Positions 11,121 to 26,332 of a DNA stretch of 64,000 nt are shown piece by piece. Origin of the DNA: Macrostomum lignano (Eukaryota); NCBI GenBank assembly GCA_002269645.1, contig NIVC01000112.1, positions 518,855 through 582,854 of the forward strand, given 5' to 3'. Made by a program: the position numbers and the translations under genes. The notes beneath the pieces are model-generated. The model worked only from the letters and a program-made list of their open reading frames with translations, did no database searches and had not been told where the DNA came from. The stretch's first letter is position 1. Every line of letters begins with the position of its first letter.

Positions 11121-11700
11121 GAGATGGGATAATAACTCGTATTGAAAGAGGATTTATAACTGATTCATAAGGGAACAAGTAGGATTAGTAGGAATAATCT
11201 TAATTGAAATGATGCTTCATCAAACGAAACAAAAGGAACCAAAAGGTTCAAGTTCGGCAGACTCCTTCAATCCAAAAAATCTGCTCTCAGACAGAATTAG
11301 AAGGATAATGGAGCCACCCTGTCTTGACTGCCGCACTTGGCAGTGAGAAGGAGCAGCATCACCCCATGCAGATGCTGGAGTGGGTCGCGAATGGCGCCAC
11401 TCGTTGCGAACTCTCAAGGCCCTACGTTAGAGTCGGTGCAGAAAAGTATGCTGCATCGCCTCATTGTCAGTTTTATTTTTAATTGCTTCTGTCTGCTGGC
11501 CTTACTGTCAAATTGTTTGCATGCTTTGTGAGCTCTAACTGGAAATGAAAGAATAGAAAAAACTTTATTGCTTGAGCACAATTTACTGGGTCTGCCTGCA
11601 ACGCACTCATCAGGCATCTTCGTGGCTCCTCTACAGGCACGTTTTCAAGTTTAGTTTCTCAAAACAACGTGAGACAAGTTTGGGGTTGGTGAGCGAACTC

Positions 11701-12265
<565 letters not shown>

Positions 12266-12944
12266 GTAGATGAATTTCTTACCCTAAATTACACTTTTCT
12301 AAATGGCAGCTGACTAAATTTGCATCTTACTACTGTAAGTAGAATAGTTTAATCGCGCCGTTGATAAATTGGCAATTGCAGGAAAAAGAATCAAGTTTTT
12401 ATGTTCGCAGATTTTGAGCTGAATACTTGATGCGGGGCGATGCGGATGCTGCTGGAGTAGCCCAATGCAATTACTCAGCTCCTGCTCGCTCAGTTTTTAT
12501 CAGAAAATTTGCCTCCCGTTGAGTGACACACGAAAGGTTGGGAAGGGGAAGAACACCGCTAGATTAGGGCCAAGGCTGCTGGGTACCGGCTTATCTGCCT
12601 GCTCCAGTGCGAGCAGGGGCTCCCGGTTCATTTCAAGAAACAATGTTTCAGAATTGTGTGCTCAATAGAACTTATTTGGTTAATTTGCCTCTGTTATAAG
12701 TATACTTAGTGACAGTATTGGACATTTCTTATGGATTTAATTGCTTACTTTCCTGATCAAGCTGATCTGCGGTCTATATTGGCTGAGAAAATACATTGCC
12801 TTGCAAAGAGCAAACAGCATAATAAGTACTTTGGCACTGATACTAGATTTTCTCGTTTTTGCCTAAATTCATGCGACAGAATTTCCTATGTTGCTCCACT
12901 ATTTTTGGAGGGCCTCAGAATCGAATGGCTTCTAAATCTTTACT

Positions 12945-13710
12945 GCAGCACCCACCTCACTCCACATCGCTTTTAACCCCCCACCGCAGCATCCACCTCA
13001 CTCCACATCGCTTTTAACCCCCACCCCAGCACCCACCTCACTCCGTATCCATTTTAACCCCCCACCGCAGCACCCACCTCACTCCGCATCGCTTCTAACC
13101 CCCCACCGCAGCACCCACCTCACTCCACATCACTTTTAACCCCCACCTCAGCACCCACCCCACTCCGTATCCATTTCAACCCCCCACCGCAGCACCCACC
13201 TCACTCCGTATCCATTTTACCCCCCCACCGCAGCACCCACCTCACTCCGTATCCATTCTAACCCCCCACCGCAGCACCCACCTCACTCCGTATCCATTCT
13301 AACCCCCCACCGCAGCACCCACCTCACTCCGTATCCATTTTAACCCCCCACTGCAGCACCCACCTCACTCCGTATCCATTTTAACCCCCCACCCAGCACC
13401 CACCTCACTCCGTATCCATTCTAACCCCCCACCGCAGCACCCACCTCACTCCGTATCCATTTTAACCCCCCCCACCGCAGCACCCACCTCACTCCGTATC
13501 CATTTTAACCCCCCACCCCAGCACCCACCTCACTCCGTATCCATTTTAACCCCCCACCCCAGCACCCACCTCACTCCGTATCCATTTTAACCCCCCACCC
13601 AGCACCCACCTCACTCCGTATCCATTTTAACCCCCCACCCCAGCACCCACCTCACTCCGTATCCATTTTAACCCCCCACCGCAGCACCCACCTCACTCCG
13701 CATCGCCTTT
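12945..13710. repeat. ~41-43-bp minisatellite (GCAGCACCCACCTCACTCCGTATCCATTTTAACCCCCCACC)n
   Basis: Visible tandem array. Confidence 0.93.
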
Positions 13711-14664
13711 AGCCATTACCACTGCATCGGCACAGTAAGCGTTGTTTTTACACTCACAAAGTTGTACCTACCTGACCTGAAAAATCAGCGTCATCTCTCT
13801 GCGACCAGGATTCTCAGAGCTTCTTTCTCAAAGCGAACTCGTGGGCGGCGTTAATACTGTGACTAATTTCGTGACGAACCAGTACTGAACTATCATAGGC
13901 TTTCTTGATGAAATCAACGAAAGCAAATGTGTAGAGGCAGAGGCACAATATGGTTAATGTTTTAATTGATTTTCCGCATTCAAGCCTCGAATTTCGCATG
14001 ACCCACGCAGATGCAGAAACTGATTGCTCATTGCTGGCTCTATAATATTTTGCTTCTTTGAGCACCTCAAGCCAACCGAACCTTCCTCACAAAAGACAAA
14101 ATGAAATTGCCGCGCAACTTTTGACGCAACACAAAGGCAAGGATGGGGAGATGGGTAGAAATTAATTGAAAATCCGCACGCCACGGAGCCACTGAGCCAA
14201 TGAGCTGGCCGAGCAATCTCATTGGCCGGGATCCTACTCTGCTCAAATCCTCATAAATAAAAAGGCGCCCTGAGACATCTTCGCGAGGACTGCGGTAAAT
14301 TCGAGTCGTTCATTAATTTCAAGTTTTTTTCGCTCTTCCGGTACTCGCCAAAGAAGGGGTCGAACTTAGGGATACAATTGCCGCCTGTGCAGGTGAGTTG
14401 AATGCAGTCTTCTCCTAGATGCATTGCCTCTCCGCTGGACAGTGGATCCACGGATTTCCCTGGGGGCATTTTTAATCTCATTAAATATTTATGATTTGAA
14501 CGGAAAAATCTTTTCAAGCTTTAAATGATCGCGGGTCAAGTTTCTAGGGCAAATTCTTAGTTTCGAATTTCGCATGCTGGTCTGATGAGGAAGAGCTTGA
14601 GAAGTTTTCGAGTGGCGTTACGAGAATTGCTGGCTTCTCGCCTTATAAGGATTGTGTGAGGTGC

Positions 14665-15215
14665 GCTGCTGGGTGGGCAGGGAGTGAGAAGAAGAGGACG
14701 AAGAAGGGTGAGAGATAAGGGAGAGTAAGGAGCAGAGAAATTATGGAGGGTAAGGAGGGTGAGAGATGAGGGAGGGTAAGAAGGGTGAGAGATGAGGGAG
14801 GGTAACGAGGGTGAGAGATGAGGGAGGGTAAGGAGGGTGAGAGATGAGGGAGGGTAAGGAGAAGGAGAGATGAGGGAGGGTAAGGAGGGTGAGAGATGAG
14901 GGAGGGTAACGAGGGTGAGAGATGAGGGAGGGTACGGAGGGTGAGAGATGAGGGAGGGTAAGGAGAAGGAGAGATGAGGGAGGGTAAGGAGGGTGAGAGA
15001 TGAGGGAGGGTAAGGAGAAGGAGAGATGAGGGAGGGTAAGGAGGGTGAGAGATGAGGGAGGGTAAGGAGAAGGAGAGATGAGGGAGGGTAAGGAGGGTGA
15101 GAGATGAGGGAGGGTAACGAGGGTGAGAGATGAGGGAGGGTACGGAGGGTGAGAGATGAGGGAGGGTAAGGAGAAGGAGAGATGAGGGAGGGTAAGGAGG
15201 GAGAAAATGACTGAA
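14665..15215. repeat. Purine-rich ~26-bp minisatellite (GAGGGAGGGTAAGGAGGGTGAGAGAT)n
   Basis: Visible tandem array. Confidence 0.9.
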
Positions 15216-15861
15216 AGATGGAAGATTAGGAAATGCAGGTCGAGAAGGGAGGGAGACAGGGAGAAGGAGAGAGAAGGGAGAGATTTGGTGGGATAGACAA
15301 CGATTCGCAGGCAGAGGTAGAACAGGCAGGGCCACCTGTCCCTATATCCATAGCAACCATCCGGTACGCGAGAATCTCAAGCCCCCATTCGCTCTCCCAA
15401 AAAAGGAGTTGGCGATCAGGAGGGCGCACTAGAGGTCGACTATGTGAGATAATGAACTGCGAGGCACCATGAGGTTGCTACTTTGAATGAATTTAGCACT
15501 AACTGACGGAGTCTAGGAGACAGAGAGACACAGGAGATTAATGAGTGAAGATGTGTGTGTGATGGAAGATGTGTGTGATGGAAGATGTGTGTGTGTGTGT
15601 GTGTGTGTGCTTGGCTCCTTCCGCAGTGAAAGATCTTCCCAAAAGGAAGCCGCGCTCGGTGAACAAAGCAGAACTGAAACAGGAGATGGTCTTGCGTGGG
15701 TGTGCTAAGCAGTGACGATACAGTCTGTGTGCGCTGCTTGCAGATACGGAAGGCTGACAGGAAGCCAAATTTATTAACTGCGTTAGGAATTACGCGTCTT
15801 TTGAGCCATAAATAATTATCTATTGATCTACGGATTTCATTTTGTTACTGTTAGTGACTGC

Positions 15862-18675
15862 TCAATCAGTCACTCTCAATCAGTCGCTCTCAATCAGTCA
15901 CTCTCAATCAGTCACTCTCAATCAGTCACTCTCAATCAGTCACTCTCAATCAGTCACTCTCAATCAGTCACTCTCAATCAGTCGCTCTCAATCAGTTACT
16001 CTCAATCAGTCACTCTCACTCAATCAGTCACTCTCAACCAGTCACTCTCAATCAGTCACTCTCAATCAGTCGCTCTCAATCAGTCACTCTCAATCAGTCA
16101 CTCTCAATCAGTCACTCTCAATCAGTCACTCTCAATCAGTCGCTCTCAATCAGTTACTCTCAATCAGTCACTCTCACTCAATCAGTCACTCTCAACCAGT
16201 CACTCTCAATCAGTCACTCTCAATCAGTCACTCTCAATCAGTCACTCTCAATCAGTCACTCTCAACCAGTCACTCTCAATCAGTCACTCTCAATCAGTCA
16301 CTCTCAATCAGTCACTCTCAATCAGTTACTCTCAATCAGTCACTCTCAATCAGTCACTCTCAATCAGTCACTCTTAATCAGTCACTCTCAATCAATCACT
16401 CTCAACCAGTCACTCTCAATCAGTCACTCTCAACCAGTCACTCTCAACCAGTCACTCTCAATCAGTTACTCTCAATCAATCACTCTCAATCAGTCACTCT
16501 CAATCAGTCACTCTCAATCAGTCACTCTCAATCAGTCACTCTCAATCAGTCACTCTCAATCAGTTACTCTCAATCAGTCACTCTCAATCAGTCACTCTCA
16601 ATCAGTCACTCTTAATCAGTCACTCTCAATCAGTCACTCTCAATCAGTCACTCTCAATCAGTCACTCTCAATCAGTCACTCTCAATCAGTCACTCTCAAT
16701 CAGTCACTCTCAATCAGTCACTCTCAATCAGTCACTCTCAATCAGTCACTCTCAATCAGTCACTCTCAATCAGTCACTCTCAATCAGTCACTCTCAATCA
16801 GTCACTCTCAATCAGTCACTCTCAATCAGTCACTCTCAATCAGTCACTCTCAATCAGTCACTCTCAATCAGTCACTCTCAATCAGTCACTCTCAATCAGT
16901 CACTCTCAATCAGTCACTCTCAATCAGTCACTCTCAATCAGTCACTCTCAATCAGTCACTCTCAATCAGTCACTCTCAATCAGTCACTCTCAATCAGTCA
17001 CTCTCAATCAGTCATTCTCAATCAGTCACTCTCAATCAGTCACTCTCAATCAGTCACTCTCAATCAGTCACTCTCAATCAGTCACTCTCAATCAGTCACT
17101 CTCAACCAGTTACTCTCAATCAGTCACTCTCAATCAGTCACTCTCAATCAGTCACTCTCAATCAGTCACTCTCAATCAGTCACTCTCAATCAGTCACTCT
17201 CAATCAGTCACTCTCAATCAGTCACTCTCAATCAGTCACTCTCAATCAGTCACTCTCAATCAGTCACTCTCAATCAGTCACTCTCAATCAGTCACTCTCA
17301 ATCAGTCACTCTCAATCAGTCACTCTCAATCAGTCACTCTCAATCAGTCACTCTCAATCAGTCACTCTCAATCAGTCACTCTCAATCAGTCACTCTCAAC
17401 CAGTTACTCTCAATCAGTCACTCTCAATCAGTCACTCTCAATCAGTCACTCTCAATCAGTCACTCTCAATCAGTCACTCTCAATCAGTCACTCTCAATCA
17501 GTCACTCTCAATCAGTCACTCTCAATCAGTCACTCTCAACCAGTTACTCTCAATCAGTCACTCTCAATCAGTCACTCTCAATCAGTCACTCTCAATCAGT
17601 CACTCTCAATCAGTCACTCTCAATCAGTCACTCTCAATCAGTCACTCTCAATCAGTCACTCTCAATCAGTCTCTCTCAATCAGTCACTCTCAATCAGTCA
17701 CTCTCAATCAGTCACTCTCAATCAGTCACTCTCAATCAGTCACTCTCAATCAGTCACTCTCAATCAGTCACTCTCAATCAGTCACTCTCAATCAGTCACT
17801 CTCAATCAGTCACTCTCAATCAGTCACTCTCAATCAGTCACTCTCAATCAGTCACTCTCAATCAGTCACTCTCAATCAGTCACTCTCAATCAGTCACTCT
17901 CAATCAGTCACTCTCAATCAGTCACTCTCAATCAGTCACTCTCAATCAGTCACTCTCAATCAGTCACTCTCAATCAGTCACTCTCAATCAGTCACTCTCA
18001 ATCAGTCACTCTCAATCAGTCATTCTCAATCAGTCACTCTCAATCAGTCACTCTCAATCAGTCACTCTCAATCAGTCACTCTCAATCAGTCACTCTCAAT
18101 CAGTCACTCTCAATCAGTCACTCTCAATCAGTCACTCTCAATCAGTCACTCTCAATCAATCACTCTCAATCAGTCACTCTCAATCAGTCACTCTCAATCA
18201 ATCACTCTCAATCAGTCACTCTCAATCAGTCACTCTCAATCAATCACTCTCAATCAGTCACTCTCAATCAGTCACTCTCAATCAGTCACTCTCAACCAGT
18301 TACTCTCAATCAGTCACTCTCAATCAGTCACTCTCAATCAGTCACTCTCAATTAATCACTCTCAATCAGTCACTCTCAATCAATCACTCTCAATCAGTCA
18401 CTCTCAATCAGTCACTCTCAATCAGTCTCTCTCAATCAGTCACTCTCAATCAATCACTCTCAATCAGTCACTCTCAATCAGTCACTCTCAATCAGTCACT
18501 CTCAATCAGTCACTCTCAATCAGTCTCTCTCAATCAGTCACTCTCAATCAGTCACTCTCAATCAGTCACTCTCAATCAGTCACTCTCAATCAGTCACTCT
18601 CAATCAGTCACTCTCAATCAGTCACTCTCAATCAGTCACTCTCAATCAGTCACTCTAAAGCAGTCACTCTCAATT
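15862..18675. repeat. 14-bp minisatellite (CAATCAGTCACTCT)n, ~2.8 kb
   Basis: Highly homogeneous visible array. Confidence 0.98.
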
Positions 18676-19080
18676 CCTACAATGCGACATTGCCAACCGG
18701 AATTCGCGCAGGTCACTCGAAGTCAAACTCGAATCAACCACAAGCTCGGCAGCCATGAGACTGGAGGCAGCTGCTGTCTCGCTGTGCCTTCTGGCCAGCC
18801 TGCTGTCAATCTGCATCAGCGCCCAGCCCGCGGACGTTCGAGACTCCTACTGGGTGAGCCTGTGGCCACTCGCTCAGCCGCCATTTTAGAGAGGCCAGAG
18901 TTTTGCTTGCTTTGAATGCTTTGAATTTCTCTTTTGTTCAGGAAAATTTCACCAACGGACATACAGGCTCTCTTCTTTGTCCCGGTTTCTTGATATTATT
19001 CTTCGGTACATTGTTGATATTAGTGATGTCAATGCGGCTGAGCTAGCTTGCAAATCTCCCACAATGGCACTGCTAATCTC

Positions 19081-19640
19081 TTTCTCCTCTCCCTCTCTCC
19101 TCTCCCCTCTGCCTCTCTTCTCTCTCTTCTCTCTCCTCTCCCTCTCACCTCTCCCCTCTGCCTCTCTCCTCTCTCTCTCCCTCTCTACTCTCTCCTCTCT
19201 CTCCCTCTCTCCTCTTTCCTCTCTCCTCTCTCCTTTCTCCTCTCTCTCTCCCTCTCTCCTCTCTCCTCTCTCTCCCTCTCTCCTCTCTCTCTCCTTCTCT
19301 TCTCTCTCTCTCCCTCTCTCCTCTCTCTCTCCTTCTCTTCTCTCTCCTCTCTCTCTCCCTCTCTACTCTCTCCTCTCTCTCTCCCTCTCTCCTCTCCCTC
19401 TCACCTCTCCCCTCTGCCTCTCTTCTCTCTCCTCTCCCTCTCTCCTCTCCCCTCTGCCTCTCTCCTCTCTCCTTTCTCCTCTCTCTCTCTCCTCTCTCCT
19501 CTCTCTCTCCCTCTCTCTCTCTCTCCTCTCTCACTCTTTCACTCTCTCTTCTCTTACTCTCTTGTCTCTACTCTGCCTCCCTCCTTCCTCCTCTCTCACT
19601 ATATCACCCCTCTCTCTCTTATCTCCCTCTCCTTGTTCTC
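19081..19640. repeat. Degenerate (CT)-rich low-complexity tract
   Basis: Direct reading. Confidence 0.9.
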
Positions 19641-20789
19641 GTAATATTTTACCCCTTCTCTGTTACCCACATTTGTTTATCACTGATAACCCTTCGCAGT
19701 TTTTTTCTGTCTTAAATTACCGTTTCGAATTTGGCGATTTTTCAATCCAAATGGGGAAACTTTTTTAGCAGTTATCTGTTATCGGCTAGATTAGCAATCC
19801 ACGAGCACCGACTTCAGGATTGCTATAAAAATATCTCAAAATGCAGTTCCCGGTGATGAAGTTGAGTCTATAGCAAAAAGTTGGCTGTGCCTGTAGCCCA
19901 CGAATCTCGCAATTCCAATATCAGTTTCTCAAGAAAGTTGAAAAGTTTTGCACAGAGCGCAGAGATAGCCATCAGTCACTTCTCCAGCTAAAAATAAACT
20001 TTCACTTCTCTATTTAAAGCTCAGCTCAAGTCAGAGATAGCAGGAATTGAGTCCAGTTAGCGTTCGGGATGCCAAGCAAAAAAAAATTAATTTTGTTATT
20101 TTCTTATCCGACTGATTTTTTGTTTTATCTGCCCTTGCGGAAAATCCTCGAAAAGAAGTCGTTTTCTTTCTGTTTCCTACCGGGGCGATTCCATCTGTGC
20201 TGCAATGATGAATGCCTCCTGCCGATGACGGGGAACAGCAGCGATGGCCGCGAGTGCATCAGCTCCGTGTCTTGTGTGTGAGTGCGGCATCGCTGCCCTA
20301 CCTGGAGCACTTGGCCCGCGCCACTCCATCTCTTCCCTCCATGCCGGAGAGGCCCTAGCGGCCCTGGGGATCGCAGGAAAATCGAGGAGATCTGGCGCCC
20401 TCAGCGCGAAGGGATATATTTTGAAGGAGGGGTTGGGGAGCAGAGAAAGCTGCCGCTGCTGCTGCAAGACAAATTTCTTTTAGCATTTCTTGCTCCAAAT
20501 TTAGCTCACAACTTATCATGCTCCGGGGCTGCTATGCAGGATCGGTATAAAATTTCTGCTATGAAATGCTGTCAATAAAACGAAATCCTTCATCAACTGT
20601 TTCCCAAATGAATTCCGTTTGCCAATGTTCAACAATCTATTTGACACGCCTGTTCCAGGTATGAGATGAGTGCTATCTGCTGCTAGACATTGGGGAGGCT
20701 GTGGTCGGGGACAGAGTGGGGGAGGTGGAGAAGGATTAGAGGGTCCCGGAAATAGTGGAATCAGGGGCGGAGAGGGACAGGAGGGAAGA

Positions 20790-21110
20790 GACAAAATGGG
20801 GAAATAGACAGTAGAAGTAGAGCTAGATATAATGAGAAGTAGATAGAAAAGGTAGAGTAGGGAGGTAGAGATGAGAAGTGGATAAGGAAGATAGAGTAGA
20901 GAAGAGATAGAGATGAGAAGTAGATAGGGAAGGTAGAGTAGAGAAGAGGTAGAGATGAGAAGTAGATAGGGAAGGTAGAGTAGAGAAGAGGTAGAGATGA
21001 GAAGTAGATAGGGAAGGTAGAGTAGAGATGAGGTAGAGATGAGAAGTAGATAGGGAGAGTAGGGAGGTAGAGATTGGAAGTATCTATGTATGGGAAGATA
21101 GCTAGGGGTG
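20790..21110. repeat. Purine-rich degenerate minisatellite (GTAGAGATGAGAAGTAGATAGGGAAGGTAGAGTAGAGAAGAG-like)
   Basis: Several visible near-identical units. Confidence 0.8.
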
Positions 21111-21487
21111 CCGGTAGACATTGAGAAGTAGATGGGAGGAAAGGGTAGAGAAGAGGGTAGAGGGAGACAACAGTGAAGAGAGATAAGTAGCGTGCACAGT
21201 ATATTGGAAGTGTACAACTGGAATATCATTATGCCAAAGGTAAAATTGGCTAAAGAGTTGACCAGCTCGACTTAGAGCTCTGGCCGCCAGGTAACACAGG
21301 GCCGCAATTTATGGCCGCATCGCAGGCTCTGGTCATGGAGATTATTGCGCAGTACTTCTCTGCAGGCCAAATAAAAAACAGTATAAAATGAGATAAATGG
21401 ATCTGCCAAATGTTATAGGCTAATGCGAGCTGTGATAGGTAAGAGAGAGATTTGTGCGGGCAACCGCTACAAAGCTGGGGTATAGGG

Positions 21488-22077
21488 CAGGGGTTGGCCA
21501 GCTCTTTATCTTCAGGGCCAGGTGGAGAATCTGGCGTATGACCGCGGGCCAGAGGAGGGGAGAGAGAAGATGGAATAGAAAAGAGAAGAGAGGAGAAAGG
21601 AGAGGAGAGGAAAGAGAAGAGGAGAGGAGAGAGAAGAGGAGAGGAGAGAGAAGAGGAGAGAGGAGAGAGGAGAGAGGAAAGGGGATAGAAGAGAGGAGAG
21701 GAGAGGAGAGGAGAGGAGAGGAGAGAAGAGAGAAAAGAAGAGAGGAGAGAGGAGATTAGAGAGGAGAGAGGAGATTAGAGAGGAGAGAGAAAATGAGAGA
21801 GGAAAGGAGAGGAGAGAAGAAAGAGGAGAGGAGAGAGAAGAGGAGAGAAGAAAGGGGAGAGAAGAGAGGAGAGGAGAGGAGAGAAGAAAGGGGAGAGAAG
21901 AGAGGAGAGGAGGAGGAGAGAGGAGAGAGAAAATAAGAGAGGAGAGAGGAGATTAGAGAAATGAGTTGAGAAGAGACACAAACCTTGAGACTATTGCGAA
22001 GTTTCAAAGGACCCGAGGGCCGGAGAGAGGCTTGGTGGGTCGCATGTGGCCCGCGGGCCGAAGTTTGCCAACCCCTG
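21488..22077. mobile_element. hAT (Charlie-like) MITE with an internal GA-rich tract
   Basis: Ends CAGGGGTTGGCCA... and ...GGCCCGCGGGCCGAAGTTTGCCAACCCCTG are inverted, and match the CAGGGG..GGCAAAC..GGCCCGCGGGCC termini of hAT/Charlie-type elements. No clear TSD. Confidence 0.7.
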
Positions 22078-22078
22078 T

Positions 22079-22340
22079 AAGAGGATAGAATATAGGATAT
22101 AGAGGATAGAATATAGGATATAGAGGATAGAATATAGGATATAGAGGATATAGAGGATAGAATATAGGATATAGAGGTTGGAATATAGGATATAATGGAT
22201 ATAGAGGATAGAGAATATAGGATATAGAGGATAGAATATAAGATATAGAGGATAGAATATAAGATATAGAGGATAGAGGACAGATGATAAAACATGGGAT
22301 ATAGAAAATATATGATAGAAGATAGAGAATAGAATATAGA
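22079..22340. repeat. 21-bp minisatellite (GAGGATAGAATATAGGATATA)n
   Basis: Visible tandem array. Confidence 0.85.
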
Positions 22341-22781
22341 CAAAAGAACTTCGTAATTTCCAATTTCATATCAAATAATTTATCCCATTTCCAATAGTAC
22401 ATCAAGGTCAACCCCTAAAGGCATGACAGGCTGAAGGCAAATCGGGATGAATGACTCACAAACGCGGCGATATGTTTGGAATTCCCCTCTTGTAGCCAAA
22501 AATTCAGGAACTCTGCGCTGAAGTGTTACCCGATACCCTCAGAATCTGAAGCAGTTCAGGTAGGGCTCTAGAAGAAGCCTCGTGTATGTGCGGGTTGCTT
22601 GTCAGAGAGCTGGATCTGCGCCAATAAACCCTTGGGGTGTCAATGTTGGCTTAAAAATGCAAGTGCAAACAATTGAGGCCTCTATGCTCAAGCTTTGAGC
22701 AGCTCTTTATCACAGTTTGCTGATATGCGGGCTTGGTGCAATGTGCTGAGGAAAAAAGTAGAAAAGTATATATAACTTAAA

Positions 22782-23030
<249 letters not shown>

Positions 23031-23304
23031 TCAAGAACTCCACAAGAAACTAAAAAAGATTGCCTGCTCTTGAAATGCGTTAAAAATCTTTTTGGATTCT
23101 ATTTTTTTCACATTTACGTGACTTTTGAGCGAAAACTTTGTTAAGTTTTTTATTTCATAGAATCTTCGCACTAGCTGCTATAAGAACTCAGTTTTTTAGT
23201 AATGAAGCTCATGCAGGATGATTTAAAAGTGCATAAAATTTCTGGAACGGTGGCTGAGCTGCACTCGGAGATGATATGCAACGTCAAACCTTCTCCATCG
23301 CTTC

Positions 23305-23575
23305 CGATATCTATCGATTAAGACTGATCCGGGTGACTTTCTGAGTTGTCTATGGCCTAAAGGCGTCACTCCTTCCTTATCGCTTCCGATATCTGTACTG
23401 ATCCGGGTGACTTTCTGAGTTGTCTATGGCCTAAAGGCGTCACTCCCTCCTTATCGCTTCCGATATCTGTACCGATCCGGGTAACTTTCTGAGTTGTCTA
23501 TGGCCTAAAGGCTTCACTCCCTCCTTATCGCTTCTAATATCTGTACTGATCCGGGTAACTTTCTGAGTTGTCTAT
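23305..23575. repeat. About 4 copies of a ~70-bp unit (GATCCGGGTGACTTTCTGAGTTGTCTATGGCCTAAAGG...TATCGCTTCCGATATCT)
   Basis: Visible tandem copies. Confidence 0.85.
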
Positions 23576-24137
23576 GGCCAAAAGGCTGCCGAGGGTGCAG
23601 GCTGCATTTTAGAAGAGGGAGATAATCCTAACTGCTTAACTCTTATCAAAATCGCCTCGTACCTGAACACCCACAGAAGGCAGTTCGCAACATCGCAGCC
23701 AAGCAACAGGAGTCCGAGGGTGCCGGCACAGCTGGGGCCCTGGCCGCTGACCTGGCCGAGCCCGAAGACCGCGTAGGCTGGCCGCGGATTCAACAGTCAA
23801 TGAATCCGGGAGGAGGTCGAAAAAGAGCATGGAAACGGCGTCGCAACGACTTCCGCTGCGTCCTGCACCCCATCAGCTGCTATGGGTAGAGGAGGCAGGT
23901 TGTGCTGCGCCTCAAGTCTCTGTCTGACTCTGAACATCCTTCTTCCTTCTCCACTTTCCTCCCCAAAGCATGCCGGAACTCGATGGGAAAAGTTGCTAAT
24001 TGGCTTCTCAGCGATCTCAAATTGTAGTAGCAAAAATTAATGGACTCGAACAAGCTGCCCTTCTCCTTCCTCTCCTAAGGCATTGTTGAATATAATTTTC
24101 TGTTTTTGACATTGAAACGTACTCTGTTGATCTTTTG

Positions 24138-25384
24138 GCTGCACGAACCCTCTCGAACTGTGACTCTGAATGCTAACATCTTCAGGTCAAAATAAAACTT
24201 TATCATTCTTCGGATTTCAACAAGATTGGTGGAGACTGTTGAGTTGCCACCCTGACTGCGAATTTAAACTGATTTGTGCTCTGAGGCAACGATTTGCTCC
24301 TTCCATACTGAATGATTTTGGGGGCGGAAGTAATGAAGGCCAGGGGCGGATATTGGGGGCGGAACTGAGGGAGGTTAGGGGCGGATATTGGGGGCGGAAC
24401 TGAGGTAGGATAGGGGCGGATATTGAGGCGGAACTGAGGGAGGTTAGGGGCGGATATTGGGGGCGGAACTGAGGGAGGTTAGGGGCGGATATTGGGGGCG
24501 GAACTGAGGTAGGATAGGGGCGGATATTGGGGCGGAACTGAGGGAGGTTAGGGGCGGATATTGGGGGCGGAACTGAGGGAGGATAGGGGCGGATATTGAG
24601 GCGGAACTGAGGGAGGTTAGGGGCGGATATTGGGGGGCGGAACTGAGGGAGGTTAGGGGCGGATATTGGGAGCGGAACTGAGGGAGGCTAGGGAGGGATA
24701 TTGAGGTATTGAGGGGCGGAATCAATAAATATCGTGGTACGAGTATAGGGCAAGCAAGAAAATGTACAAAATGTTGAGCTTTTTACGATAAAAACAAACA
24801 AATACGTACGAGCTGCACGAACCCTCTCGAACTGTGACTCTGAATGCTAACATCTTCAGGTCAAAATAAAACTTTATCATTCTTCGGATTTCAACCAGAT
24901 TGGTGGAGACTGTTGAGTTGCCACCCTGACTGCGAATTTAAACTGATTTGTGCTCTGAGGCAACGATTTGCTCCTTCCATACTGAATGATTTTGGGGGCG
25001 GAAGTAATGAAGGCCAGGGGCGGATATTGGGGGCGGAACTGAGGGAGGTTAGGGGCGGATATTGGGGGCGGAACTGAGGTAGGATAGGGGCGGATATTGG
25101 GGCGGAACTGAGGGAGGTTAGGGGCGGATATTGGGGGCGGAACTGAGGGAGGATAGGGGCGGATATTGGGGCGGAACTGAGGGAGGTTAGGGGCGGATAT
25201 TGGGGGGCGGAACTGAGGGAGGTTAGGGGCGGATATTGGGGGCGGAACTGAGGGAGGATAGGGGCGGATATTGGGGGCGGAACTGAGGGAGGTTAGGGGC
25301 GGATATTGGGAGCGGAACTGAGGGAGGCTAGGGAGGGATATTGAGGTATTGAGGGGCGGAATCAATAAATATCGTGGTACGAGT
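24138..25384. repeat. Direct tandem duplication (24138-24744 and 24812-25384), each copy containing a ~35-bp G-rich minisatellite
   Basis: Both copies start GCTGCACGAACCCTCTCG and end ATCGTGGTACGAGT; the ORF track gives near-identical 77-aa ORFs in both. Confidence 0.92.
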
Positions 25385-25568
25385 TATTATCACTTTTGTG
25401 CATTGCAGCAAAGATGCAATTAAAGCAGAAAAAGTAAGAAATGATATTTTATGTGAGTGCTACGGCTACTTCTTTAAAATGCGATAATGCGTGGCTGACA
25501 TTGCGATACAATATTAGCTCTCAACTCATCTGCACCCGTATTGTAAACAATGTCACTTTTTGAAGTAT

Positions 25569-25830
<262 letters not shown>

Positions 25831-26332
25831 CTAGATAGGTGCGCAGTTGCCGGCAGACAAAGTGTCAAATGCACTGCCGCATGCCATCGAGCCAGGTAAA
25901 TCTGGGCCTATGAAATAATCCCCCTCGCCACGCAGGCCCCTGGAGCCCCCTTCTCTCTCTGGCGCTCAGATAAAAGCAGCGGCTGTGACGCAGCCGACAG
26001 CCAAAGATGGAAAAGTTGCACCCGCGCACCCCTCCATCTCGTGCTTTAATTCGGGCATAAGAATCCCAACCCCCCTGCCCGGTATCCGACCGCGCCTGGA
26101 GGGAGTTGCTCAGTGCTTTGTGAAAGAATGCTATTAACCGGCTCTAGAAGCGAGCTGTCACGCTCCCAACTTTGTCACTTCTATCAAGAATTATCAATTT
26201 GTCTGAAACCACCGAGTAATTGCCGAACTTGCGGACTGAGTTCGCGTCTTTGGGACGCTTTTTCCATCATTAATTTCTTTTAAAAGCCCACTTTAATTCC
26301 GCTTTTGGATAGCACGTCTCGGCTTGAAGACG

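Noticed and set aside
15823-16615. SHSQSVTLNQSLSI repeat ORFs
   Set aside because: Artefact of the 14-bp satellite.
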